Part shown: piece by piece, positions 45,987-55,426 of the stretch | How positions within the stretch are numbered: the first letter of the stretch is position 1 | How the letters are laid out: each line of letters opens with the position of its first letter | NCBI GenBank assembly: GCA_043798915.1 | Contig: JAZDOG010000056.1 | Coordinates: 1-64,000 of the forward strand | Origin: Pseudomonadota bacterium | GTDB lineage: Bacteria; UBA10199; 2-02-FULL-44-16; JAAZCA01 | Length of the DNA: 64,000 bases | Direction of reading: 5' to 3' | The notes under the pieces: model-generated | What the model saw: the letters and a program-made list of their open reading frames with translations, nothing else | Told to the model about the DNA's origin: nothing | The model's database searches: none | Translations under genes and position numbers: made by a program

Positions 45987-47257
45987 AAAAAGAACAGCGG
46001 CGCATCGAGGTCTGGGCTCACTGGGCACCTCTGCCCCAGCCCGTTTTTGTGGGCATATTGTATGCTTCCCCGTCACGGGGAAAGGAGATATTCTCCTTCG
46101 AATATTCTCCTGACTGGCTGAAGAACACCTGTGCCCAGAGCTTTGATCCTTCTCTCGAACTCTACAAAGGCCTCCAATATGCCCCTCAGGGAAAGGAGAA
46201 CTTTGGTGTTTTTCTTGATTCTGCGCCCGACCGGTGGGGGCGCATCCTCATGCGCCGGCGTGAAGCTCAAGCTGCCCGCGAAGAGAAGCGGAAAGAACGC
46301 GTCCTCCATGAGTCTGATTATCTGCTGGGTGTCTATGACGGGCATCGCATGGGTGCTTTGCGGTTTCGCACGGCGTCGGACGGTCCATTCCTGGATGACA
46401 ACACGGAGCTGGCAGTTCCTCCCTGGACATCCTTGCGCGAATTGGAACATGCGAGTCTGGAGCTGGAAAAAAACGGCGCTGAGAAGAACCGGGATTACGG
46501 CAAATGGCTGAGGATGCTGATGGCGCCCGGCGCCTCGCTGGGTGGTGCCCGCCCAAAAGCGGGTATCATAGACGAAAAGGGCGGCCTGTGGATCGCCAAG
46601 TTCCCAAGCGCTCACGACGAAGTTGACAGCGGCGCCTGGGAAAAAGTCATCCACAAACTCGCTATGCAGTGTCGCATCGAAACTTCAGAATCCTTGTCCC
46701 GCACTTTTGGCAGCCGGCATCACACTTTTCTCACCAGACGCTTTGATCGCACAGAGACGCGCGAGAGAATTCACTTCGCCTCTGCGATGACCCTCCTGCA
46801 GCGCTCTGATGGAGATGATGCGTCAACGGGCGCAAGCTACCTCGAACTTGCCGAGTTTATTATCCGCCAGGGGGCAGAGCCGAATCATGATTTGGAAGAA
46901 CTTTGGCGCCGCATCATCTTTTTCATCTGTACTTCCAACGCGGATGACCATCTGCGCAATCACGGATTTTTGCTCTCTCCCACGGGATGGCGCCTATCGC
47001 CTGCCTATGATATGAATCCAGTTCCCGCCGCCAATGGGCTTCGGCTGAATATCTCTGAAACGGACAACGCTCAAAACCTTGAACTCGCCAGGGAGATCGC
47101 CCCTTTTTTTCGGGTAAAGTCCGGGAGAGTCACGGAAATCATCAAGCAAGTCACCACTCAAGTGCGAAGCTGGCGCAAAATCGCGAAGACCCTTCGAATT
47201 TCTGCCGGGGAAATCGACCGCATGGCGCGCGCCTTTCGTATTGCTGAGGAAGTTTAG
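45983..47257 (+). CDS. hipA: HipA-family kinase toxin
   Basis: DSAPDRWGR, SLGGARPK, NADDHLRNH, LSPAYDMNP. Confidence 0.92.
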   Translation: MKKEQRRIEVWAHWAPLPQPVFVGILYASPSRGKEIFSFEYSPDWLKNTCAQSFDPSLELYKGLQYAPQGKENFGVFLDSAPDRWGRILMRRREAQAAREEKRKERVLHESDYLLGVYDGHRMGALRFRTASDGPFLDDNTELAVPPWTSLRELEHASLELEKNGAEKNRDYGKWLRMLMAPGASLGGARPKAGIIDEKGGLWIAKFPSAHDEVDSGAWEKVIHKLAMQCRIETSESLSRTFGSRHHTFLTRRFDRTETRERIHFASAMTLLQRSDGDDASTGASYLELAEFIIRQGAEPNHDLEELWRRIIFFICTSNADDHLRNHGFLLSPTGWRLSPAYDMNPVPAANGLRLNISETDNAQNLELAREIAPFFRVKSGRVTEIIKQVTTQVRSWRKIAKTLRISAGEIDRMARAFRIAEEV

Positions 47258-47263
47258 CAGTGG

Positions 47264-49204
47264 TCAGGACCTGATCATTCTCAGAAAATCATCTTCAGAT
47301 ATGATCTTTACCTTGCCGCCAGCGGCGGCGAGTTTCTTGGCCTTGTCGAGCTTCGAGCCGGCGCCACCTTCGGCACCCACCACGAGATAATCGAGCGTCT
47401 TCGTCACCGATTGCGCGGCATCGCCGCCCTTCTCCTCGACTAGTTTCTGCGCCTCCGACCTCTCCATCGATTCCAGGCTCCCTGTGAAGAGGAACGACTT
47501 GCCGGCGAGCGAACCCCGCTGAACCTTGGCAGCGCTCTTTGCTACCGTCACGTGCTTCAGGAGCCTGTCGATCAGGCGCCGCTTTGCCTTCAGCCCCAGG
47601 ACGACCTCATGCGCGATGACCTCGCCGAACGTGTGGATCTCCGAGAGTTCATCCTCGGTGAGCGACATCACCTTTTCGAGCGAGCCGTACTTTTCAAGGA
47701 TGCCGGCCGCATGTTTTCCGAGCTCGCGTATTCCAAGGCCCTGAAGAAAGGCGCCGAGCGGCATCCGTTTTTTAGCGGCGACGTTGGCGAGGAGCTTCTC
47801 CGCAAGAGTGTCGCCCATCCGCTCGAGCCCCAGGAGCTCGTCCTTCGTGATCTCATAGAGCTCCGAAGGGTCCGTCACGATGCCGCTCTCATAGAGCCTG
47901 GCGAGAAGCTTTTCCCCGAAGCCGTCTATGCCGGCGGTCTTCACAAAATGAGAAAGTTCGCCTATTTTTTTCTGCACACACTTTTTTGGGTTAGTGCAGT
48001 AAAGAGAGTCTTCTCTGAGTTCCGTGGGAGCACCGCAAGAAGGACACGTTTTTGGAATTGCAACTGGTCTACCACCATGCTGAACAACTTCCTCAACATT
48101 AGGTATTACGCCACCTCTGCGCATCATCACAATCTTGTCGTCAATTCCAACTCCTAGCTTATTCAATATGCCAACATTGTGAAGCGAGGCTCTTGTGACA
48201 GTCGCCCCCGAAAGCTTAACGGGTTTCACAATAGCCACTGGCGTTATAACCCCTGTTCTCGCGACACTCCAGACAACATTAACAAGCCTAGTTGCTCCTG
48301 ATTCACCCTGGTATTTGTACGCTATTGCCCACTTAGGATGATGTGCAGTGGAACCCAAGCGGGTCTGTTCAGAAACGTGATTGGCTTTAAACACAACACC
48401 GTCTGTCTCAAAATCGTTCTTGTTGCGCTTATTAAGAAAATCCTCATATGCTTTTTGCAACTCATCACTATTAATTAAAACGGTGTCGACGACATGAAAT
48501 TTGTTATTTGTCAAAGCTTTTCTTTTTTCAATTTCAGTTTGTACCTTAGTTCGCAATAAATCATATGCGAGAAATTTGAGTTTATATTCTCCTGTTTTCT
48601 TTGGATCCTTCTGTTTTATTGCTCCGGCGGCCAGATTCCTTGGGTTGGCAAAATCTTGTTGATATCGTTTAAAGACACTGAGCGGCATATACACTTCGCC
48701 GCGGACTTCGACATTTTTCATATTTACCGTTTTTGGAATTGAGCTTATCTCTTTAATGTTTTCGGTAATATCCTCGCCTTCAACTCCATCACCCCTCGTA
48801 ACTGCCTGAACAAGCTTCCCATCTTCATCGTACTTTATTGATACCGCACAACCATCAATCTTTGGAGAAGCTATAATGCTACCGAGTATCTTGGAGACCC
48901 AATCACTTATAGTATTTTCATCATAGCACTTATCAAGAGAAAGCATTGGTTGTTCATGACGAACGCTAGTCGGAATTTTTGTACCACTCCACAATTCCAA
49001 CTGTCCTTTTATCTCCGGAACATCCGAAGGTATTTCTTTCAGCACAGGAGAATCGGGCTTGCGCCTCTTGAGCTCTTCCACGAGGCGGTCGAACTCGTAG
49101 TCTTCGATCTCGCGCACATGCTTCACGAAGTAGAGGCGGTTGTGCCGGCTGACCTCGGCCTCGAGTTCCTCCACCGACATCTTTTCCCACGCGCCCTTGC
49201 CCAT
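47264..49204 (-). CDS. ligA: NAD-dependent DNA ligase
   Basis: PMLSL, PKIDG, TRGDG, ANPRN, DGVV, AIAYK, RTG.ITP, Zn finger, BRCT domain. Confidence 0.96.
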   Translation of the reverse strand: MGKGAWEKMSVEELEAEVSRHNRLYFVKHVREIEDYEFDRLVEELKRRKPDSPVLKEIPSDVPEIKGQLELWSGTKIPTSVRHEQPMLSLDKCYDENTISDWVSKILGSIIASPKIDGCAVSIKYDEDGKLVQAVTRGDGVEGEDITENIKEISSIPKTVNMKNVEVRGEVYMPLSVFKRYQQDFANPRNLAAGAIKQKDPKKTGEYKLKFLAYDLLRTKVQTEIEKRKALTNNKFHVVDTVLINSDELQKAYEDFLNKRNKNDFETDGVVFKANHVSEQTRLGSTAHHPKWAIAYKYQGESGATRLVNVVWSVARTGVITPVAIVKPVKLSGATVTRASLHNVGILNKLGVGIDDKIVMMRRGGVIPNVEEVVQHGGRPVAIPKTCPSCGAPTELREDSLYCTNPKKCVQKKIGELSHFVKTAGIDGFGEKLLARLYESGIVTDPSELYEITKDELLGLERMGDTLAEKLLANVAAKKRMPLGAFLQGLGIRELGKHAAGILEKYGSLEKVMSLTEDELSEIHTFGEVIAHEVVLGLKAKRRLIDRLLKHVTVAKSAAKVQRGSLAGKSFLFTGSLESMERSEAQKLVEEKGGDAAQSVTKTLDYLVVGAEGGAGSKLDKAKKLAAAGGKVKIISEDDFLRMIRS

Positions 49205-49292
49205 GATTTCGCTTTTCTTTCCGCCTGCCGCCTGATAAAAAGCCCTCATAATCTAGCAAATAATCTTTTAATATCAAGGAGTAATATAAACC

Positions 49293-51845
49293 ATGGCCAC
49301 CCAGACATTCACGCTCGAAAATGGCATGCAGGTCATCCTCGAAGAGAATCACGCCGCAAAGGTGGTTTCGTTCAACGCGCTGGTGAAGGTGGGCAGCGCA
49401 AACGAGACCGACAAGGAGGCCGGGATCTGCCACGTCATCGAGCACATGCTCTTCAAGGGCACGCCCACGCGCCCCGCCGGCACGATCGCAAGGGACGTGG
49501 AGGCCGCCGGCGGCGAGATCAACGCCTACACATCCATCGACCAGACGGTGTTCTACATAAACATGGCGACCCGCTTCGCCGACCGCGGGCTCTCGATCCT
49601 TGCCGATGCGGTCCTCAACCCGCTCTTCGACGCTGAGGAACTCGAGCGCGAGAAAGAGGTGATACTCGAGGAGATCCGCCGCGAAAATGACAACCCGGGC
49701 AGGATGGCGACCGAACATCTCTTTCATACGGCGTTTGCGACCCACACGTACGGCCGCCCGATCATCGGCTTTCCGAATACGGTCAAGTCGTTCACGCGGG
49801 CCGAGATCCTCGATTTTTATCGCCGGTGGTATTCGCCGCGCAATATCGTCTTCATAGCGGTGGGGGATTTTGAAACCGGGAAAGCACTCGCCGACATCCG
49901 CGCTCAATTTGCCCCCGCGAGAGGCTCAGAGGCGCCCTCCGGCGTCGCCGTTCCCGAGCCGCCGCAGACGGGGTTCAGGCTGATGGTGAAGCCTATGAAC
50001 ATACAGAGCGCGTACCTCTCGCTAGGCTTTCACATCCCCGAGATCACGCACGCGGACATCCCGGCGCTCGACGCGCTCTCGCATATCATGGGCGGCGCAG
50101 ATTCATCGAGGCTCGAGCAGGAGATAAAAGAGAAGCAGCGCCTCGTGCACAACATCTATTCGTACGCATTCACGCCGAAGGATCCCGGGCTCCTCGTGGT
50201 CGGTGCGATGCTCGCGGACCGCGACGTCGAAAAAGCGATCAAGGCGATCCGGCGAGAGGTCGATCGGCTCAAGGAAGAGACCGTCGGCTCCGAGGAGCTC
50301 TCCAGAGCCAAGCTCAACATCCGCTCAAACGAGATATACGAGAAGGAGACGGTGGGCGGCCAGGCCGGCAAGCTCGCCTACTTCCTCGCCACAGCCGGAA
50401 ACTATGAATTTGAAAAACGCTACTACCAGATGCTCTCCGACGTAGGCATCCAGACGGTGAGAGAGGCCGCGGAGCGCTATTTGAGCTTCGACAACTGCAC
50501 CGCTGTGCTGCTCGTGCCGGAGGGTTCGGCGTGGGTGAAGTCAAAGGCGCCCCTCGAGCGCGCGCTCGCTCCGTCGAAAAAACTTAAGGTCGCAGCTGCG
50601 GCGCGGGCGGTGCCTAAACCGGAAAAGATTCGCCTGAAAAACGGCGCGACGATGATAGTGATCGAGAACCACAATCTCCCGCTCGTCGCGATGTGCGCCG
50701 CCGTGCCAGGCGGCACGCGATTCGAGACCCGGAAGAACAACGGCATTTCCGGACTTCTGTCGCGCACCCTGACGAAGGGCACAGAGTCCCGCACGGCAAT
50801 CGACATAGCGCGCGACATCGAGAAGATGGCGGGCCACATCGACGCGTTTGCCGGGCGAAACACCGTGGGCCTCAAGTGCGAGTTCTTGAGCGAGCATCTC
50901 GACGACGGCTTCGATCTCTTCGCGGATATCCTTGCGAACCCGTCGTTCTCTGCGGATGAAGTGGCTAAGGAGCGGAGGCTAGTCCTGCAGGCGATCAAGG
51001 ATCAGGAGGACGCCCTCTCCGCGTTTACCTTCGCCGAGTTTCTGAAGACCCTGTTCCCGAAGCATCCATACGGCCTTCGGACCATCGGAACGGTCGAGGC
51101 CGTCAAAAAACTCACGCGCGCCGATCTCGTGCGCTATCACCGCGGCGTCGTCCGCGCCGGGAACCTTGCGCTCACCGTCGTGGGTGATGTGAGCCGGCAA
51201 GAGGTGGAGCGGCTCGCCAACGAGATGCTCGCCGGGCTACCCAAAGGCAAATCGGCCGCCCCGAAGCTCGCCATCGACCCGCCGCCCTCGACGATCCGCG
51301 AGACGTTTGTCAAAAAGAGAGAGAAACAGCAGGCGCACATCGTGCTCGGCTTTCAGGGGACCACCTACAAAAGCCGCGATCGCTATACGATGTCAGTCCT
51401 CAACAACATCATGGCCGGCCAGGGCGGCCGGCTCTTCGCAACGCTCAGGGACAAGATGAGCCTCGCCTATGCCGTGAGCTCGATGCACCAGGAGGGGATC
51501 GAACCCGGATACTTCGCCGTCTACATCGGCACCGACCCCGCCAAGGAAAAGAAGGCGATCAAGGGCATATTGGAGGAACTGAAACGGATCTGCGCCGAGG
51601 CCGTGAGCGAAGATGAGATCGACAGATCGAAGCAGTATCTCGTCGGCGCCTATGAGCTCGACATGCAGCGCTCAGGAACCCTGGCAGGCCTGTATGCCTT
51701 CAACGAGGTGTACGGCCTCGACATGGGCGAGATCGAGCGATACCCGGCCCGCATCCTCGCAATCACACGCGACGACGTCCTCCGCGTGGCCCGCCGCTAC
51801 ATCCACCCCGATGCCTACACGCTGGCGGTCGTAAAACCAGCGTGA
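49293..51845 (+). CDS. M16 zinc protease
   Basis: HVIEHMLFKGT (HxxEH), NAYTS, duplicated M16 architecture. Confidence 0.93.
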   Translation: MATQTFTLENGMQVILEENHAAKVVSFNALVKVGSANETDKEAGICHVIEHMLFKGTPTRPAGTIARDVEAAGGEINAYTSIDQTVFYINMATRFADRGLSILADAVLNPLFDAEELEREKEVILEEIRRENDNPGRMATEHLFHTAFATHTYGRPIIGFPNTVKSFTRAEILDFYRRWYSPRNIVFIAVGDFETGKALADIRAQFAPARGSEAPSGVAVPEPPQTGFRLMVKPMNIQSAYLSLGFHIPEITHADIPALDALSHIMGGADSSRLEQEIKEKQRLVHNIYSYAFTPKDPGLLVVGAMLADRDVEKAIKAIRREVDRLKEETVGSEELSRAKLNIRSNEIYEKETVGGQAGKLAYFLATAGNYEFEKRYYQMLSDVGIQTVREAAERYLSFDNCTAVLLVPEGSAWVKSKAPLERALAPSKKLKVAAAARAVPKPEKIRLKNGATMIVIENHNLPLVAMCAAVPGGTRFETRKNNGISGLLSRTLTKGTESRTAIDIARDIEKMAGHIDAFAGRNTVGLKCEFLSEHLDDGFDLFADILANPSFSADEVAKERRLVLQAIKDQEDALSAFTFAEFLKTLFPKHPYGLRTIGTVEAVKKLTRADLVRYHRGVVRAGNLALTVVGDVSRQEVERLANEMLAGLPKGKSAAPKLAIDPPPSTIRETFVKKREKQQAHIVLGFQGTTYKSRDRYTMSVLNNIMAGQGGRLFATLRDKMSLAYAVSSMHQEGIEPGYFAVYIGTDPAKEKKAIKGILEELKRICAEAVSEDEIDRSKQYLVGAYELDMQRSGTLAGLYAFNEVYGLDMGEIERYPARILAITRDDVLRVARRYIHPDAYTLAVVKPA

Positions 51846-51852
51846 CCCCCTT

Positions 51853-52140
51853 TCAATCCCAGAATTCAGTTTCTTTCCCGCGTTTCATCCTGCCTCCGCA
51901 CTTCGGGCAGGGCATCTTCTTCGCGTCCCAAGGTTCAAGAGAGCAGATATGGCATTTGGGGCAAGACAAACGGTTGCGCGATTTATCAGATGAATCCCCC
52001 CCAACCTCCACGTCGACCAGATCCTTGCACCACTTGCAGTCCATAGTCTCCGTTACAGCAAGTATCCCGCAGTCCGGTCCGCCGGAGACTTCGACCGAGT
52101 GGCCGCACTTGCTGCACGTGAACTCAAAAATCACGCCCAT
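51853..52140 (-). CDS. Small protein with four CxxC pairs (zinc ribbon)
   Basis: CSKC, CKWC, CPKC, CPKC; RBS ggagagg. Confidence 0.7.
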   Translation of the reverse strand: MGVIFEFTCSKCGHSVEVSGGPDCGILAVTETMDCKWCKDLVDVEVGGDSSDKSRNRLSCPKCHICSLEPWDAKKMPCPKCGGRMKRGKETEFWD

Positions 52141-52150
52141 ATCCTCTCCT

Positions 52151-53032
52151 TCAGCCCTCGCAAAATGCGACGTTGTTGTCGCGCATGAATTGTTTGAGAA
52201 CGTCGACATGCACACAGTGCCCGACGTGCAGGAATGCGCTGTCTTTGAGTCTGCGCGTTTGCCCATTGCGGATGACATCCATGTCGACGTCGAAATCCAG
52301 ATCAAGATGCGCCGTTGCGGCCTGCATGCCCCAGATTCGGGCAGCTGCGTCGAATGCCGGGCCACCGCTCTGGCCGCGGAGACCGGGCGTGCTGAGTTCA
52401 AAACCTGCGACACCGCCGGGCCCCGATACAAGTCTGGTCAGCATACCTTCGATGGGAAATTGCGGCGTGTCGCGTCGCCCTGACGTCGTCCATCTGATTT
52501 GCTCTGCAGCTTGATCGTATTCGAAATTTGTAAACTCTGGGAACGGAAACCCAAGTCGACACAGAAACTTGCCTTGTTTGAGACCCTGACCGTCACGAGC
52601 AAAGACCGGAAAGGCCGACGCCCCCAACCGAGTGAAGTTCTTAAACTTCAGCAGAGCAACATCTGCGGAAGGATGCGCGCAAGCTTCGAGCTCCAAAGGA
52701 CCCTCAACACAGTTCACAAAGTTGTTATAAATCTCGACGGGAACCCCGGCGGTCAATCCGTGCTTTCGTTCCAAGGCCCGGAACAGTTGTTTTGATTTCT
52801 TACCAACTGGGATATTCGCTCTTTCGGCTTTGAAGCTGGCAAACCTCTGCAGCAATTGCTGGGAAAGCGTCAACTGCGTGGCAACGTGTTTACAGGTGAG
52901 CGCCCAGCCATCTGCGTTTACGAAGAAAAGTGTAGCGGAACCGGGCACAACTGTAGTCGAACCCCAGACCCTTGAAATGGAATGAATTGGCCGCGTGAAC
53001 GCCGACGCCATTTCTATAGCCCTTACGAACAT
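52151..53032 (-). CDS. Trypsin-like serine protease without signal peptide
   Basis: LTCKHV, DVALL, GQSGGP catalytic-triad motifs. Confidence 0.8.
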   Translation of the reverse strand: MFVRAIEMASAFTRPIHSISRVWGSTTVVPGSATLFFVNADGWALTCKHVATQLTLSQQLLQRFASFKAERANIPVGKKSKQLFRALERKHGLTAGVPVEIYNNFVNCVEGPLELEACAHPSADVALLKFKNFTRLGASAFPVFARDGQGLKQGKFLCRLGFPFPEFTNFEYDQAAEQIRWTTSGRRDTPQFPIEGMLTRLVSGPGGVAGFELSTPGLRGQSGGPAFDAAARIWGMQAATAHLDLDFDVDMDVIRNGQTRRLKDSAFLHVGHCVHVDVLKQFMRDNNVAFCEG

Positions 53033-53136
53033 GATGACAGCCCCCCAGATCGGGGTCTGAGGTTAACGCAATACTCAAGACTCGTCGACTTTTTTGTATG
53101 GATTTATTGGCCTTGCTCCGCTACCAGAGGTCTTGA

Positions 53137-54048
53137 ATGATTCCCTTTATTCACATCGAGCCATTCATCATCGGCCCCATGGTCGTTTCGCCGTTCGGCG
53201 TCCTCTTGGGGCTGGCGATCATCGCCGGCTATGAGCTCTCCCGCTGGCGCGGCGATCGCCTCGGGCTGGATCCGTCCGAACTCCATTATTTCATCATGGC
53301 GATACTCATCGGCGGGCTAGCCGGAGCCCATGTCTTCGACGCGCTGTTCTACTATCCGCGGGAGGTCATGGCCCGGCCGCTGCTGCTTTTGGAGATGTGG
53401 AACGGCATCAGCTCGTTCGGCGGCTTTGCCGGCGCAGTGATCGGCGGACTCATCTGGAAATATTTTGAGAGGCGCCCGGCGGCAGTAGGAGGAATACTTC
53501 AGCGCATTCGCCCCGTGCGCCGCGCGAGGCCCGCCCTGATCCTTCCGTATGCAGACGTGGCGTTTTCAGTCTTTCCGATCGCGTTCTTCTTTGGACGCAT
53601 GGGATGCGCCATCGACCACGACCACCCCGGCATACTCGCGCCCATAGGGTCCTGGCTGGCGGTCGCGTTCGGTCCAGGTCCGGCAAGGCATCTGGGATTT
53701 ATCGAGCTGCGCTACGGAACCTTGCCGCGCTATGATCTCGGGCTGCTCGAGATGCTCTTTTCGGCGCTGCTGGCCCTCACATTCATGCTGATGTGGCGCA
53801 GCAAACGGGTGTGCGGCTGGTACATCGCGGTATCGTGCATCCTCTACGCGCCGGTGCGATTCCTTCTCGATTTCTTGAGGAGCGACGATCCCCAAGTCGG
53901 GGATCTGCGCTATGCCGGCCTCACGCCGGCACAGTGGGCCTCGTTCGCGCTGTTTGCATGCGGCATCGTCATGGCAATCCGCATTTACACCACCGGTCGC
54001 GGAGCAAATGCCGCGCCCTGCCGGCCTCGACTCAAAACGAAACGTTGA
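53137..54048 (+). CDS. lgt: Prolipoprotein diacylglyceryl transferase family protein
   Basis: GISSFGG, GRMGC, Y...RFLLDFLR, multiple TMs; divergent from canonical Lgt. Confidence 0.8.
   Translation: MIPFIHIEPFIIGPMVVSPFGVLLGLAIIAGYELSRWRGDRLGLDPSELHYFIMAILIGGLAGAHVFDALFYYPREVMARPLLLLEMWNGISSFGGFAGAVIGGLIWKYFERRPAAVGGILQRIRPVRRARPALILPYADVAFSVFPIAFFFGRMGCAIDHDHPGILAPIGSWLAVAFGPGPARHLGFIELRYGTLPRYDLGLLEMLFSALLALTFMLMWRSKRVCGWYIAVSCILYAPVRFLLDFLRSDDPQVGDLRYAGLTPAQWASFALFACGIVMAIRIYTTGRGANAAPCRPRLKTKR
53989..54008 (+). repeat. Junction repeat arm inside the lgt 3' end
   Basis: accaccggtcgcggagcaaa, 19/20 identical to 2191-2210. Confidence 0.8.
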
Positions 54049-54583
54049 CCGGCTTCTTGTCCTCATCGCTCTCAAGGCTGAAAAAATCCTTCGGCTTGAA
54101 CTCAAACATCGAGGCTATCAGATTGGAGGGGAACATCTGTATTTTGTTGTTAAAGTTCATGACCGAGTCGTTGTAAAACTGTCTTGCGAACGATATCTTG
54201 TTCTCCGTGGCCGCCAATTCTCCCTGCAGAGACAAAAAATTCTCATTGGCCTTCAGCTGGGGATAGTTTTCGCTCACAGCGATGAGGCTCTTCAGCGCCT
54301 GCGTCAGCATCCCCTCGCACTTTGCGACATCTGGAACCTCCTTGGCGTCCATGCACGCGCTCCTCGCCTTGGTCACGTCCTCAAATACCGTTTTTTCGTG
54401 GCCGGCATAGCCCTTCACCGACTCGACGAGATTAGGTATCAGGTCGTGCCGCCTTTTGAGCTGAATGGCTATCTGCGACCATGCGTTTTCTGCGGCATTG
54501 CGAAGGCGCACCAGGCCGTTATAGGCAACACCCGCCCAGACACAAATGACCAAAGCTATTAAGACCACCACTGGAACGAACAT
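54032..54583 (-). CDS. lemA: LemA family protein
   Basis: [39 protein letters not shown]. Confidence 0.95.
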   Translation of the reverse strand: MFVPVVVLIALVICVWAGVAYNGLVRLRNAAENAWSQIAIQLKRRHDLIPNLVESVKGYAGHEKTVFEDVTKARSACMDAKEVPDVAKCEGMLTQALKSLIAVSENYPQLKANENFLSLQGELAATENKISFARQFYNDSVMNFNNKIQMFPSNLIASMFEFKPKDFFSLESDEDKKPVNVSF

Positions 54584-54644
54584 ATCGCCTCCTCTTTTTT
54601 GTTAAGAGCGCCTGTTTGCGAACTTACACGTCGGGAAATGTCCC

Positions 54645-55388
54645 CTAAAAAAGCAAGTCTTCAAGGTCCGGGATCGCGTCGGTGACAGGCCCTTCGTCCT
54701 TGGGGACGGGGCGGGGCCTGGCGTTCGCCGGGGCTGGCTTGGAGAAGCCGTGGCGATAGAGCGGCAGGTCGTCCGAGTTGCCCTGCACCACATCGATGCG
54801 GTGCCTGCTCTGGCGCTCCCATTTCCTGAGCGCCTTCTCGAGGAGCGGCTGGTTCATCGACCACAGGAGGTTGTGGTCCCCCTCGATCTTCTGCTCGGAG
54901 AAGAGGCGATAGCCGATCGAGAAGGTCTGAAAGCCGCTCTCGTCGGGCCCGCCCCAGACGATGAAGTTGGCCGGCTCCTGGATCTGGAGCCTCACCGGCT
55001 TGTCCGGGTCCCACTCGGTCCGGAGGAAACCGACTATGTTCATGTTGAGGCGCATGCTCCAGATGGGTTCCGTGAGCCCCTTCATCACGAGCATCAGCTC
55101 GTCCAGAAACGTCATCTGGTTCAGGTTCTCTTTGGTAACCCGCTTCGAACCGTTGTAGGTCGTCACCTCGATGTTGTCCGGCACCACGATCCCGAAGAAG
55201 GCCCTGAGGAAATTGAAGACCTGCTCGAAGACCCAGACGTTCGTCTCCTCGGCATTCATCCGGGTGAAGTCCACGTGCGCGTCAAACCCCCAGCTGCCCA
55301 CGACCTGTCCCCTCGTGCTCGACTCATAGAGGAAGTCATCCAGCCCCGTGGCGATCTGCCCGCTGTCTGATGTGGCGCCCTGTGCCAT
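54645..55388 (-). CDS. Hypothetical protein downstream of nuoN
   Basis: 247-aa ORF with host-like codon usage, co-oriented with the nuo genes. Confidence 0.7.
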   Translation of the reverse strand: MAQGATSDSGQIATGLDDFLYESSTRGQVVGSWGFDAHVDFTRMNAEETNVWVFEQVFNFLRAFFGIVVPDNIEVTTYNGSKRVTKENLNQMTFLDELMLVMKGLTEPIWSMRLNMNIVGFLRTEWDPDKPVRLQIQEPANFIVWGGPDESGFQTFSIGYRLFSEQKIEGDHNLLWSMNQPLLEKALRKWERQSRHRIDVVQGNSDDLPLYRHGFSKPAPANARPRPVPKDEGPVTDAIPDLEDLLF

Positions 55389-55426
55389 ATGGAGATCGTA
55401 TCCTAAAAACGCTCTGCCTGTCCAGG

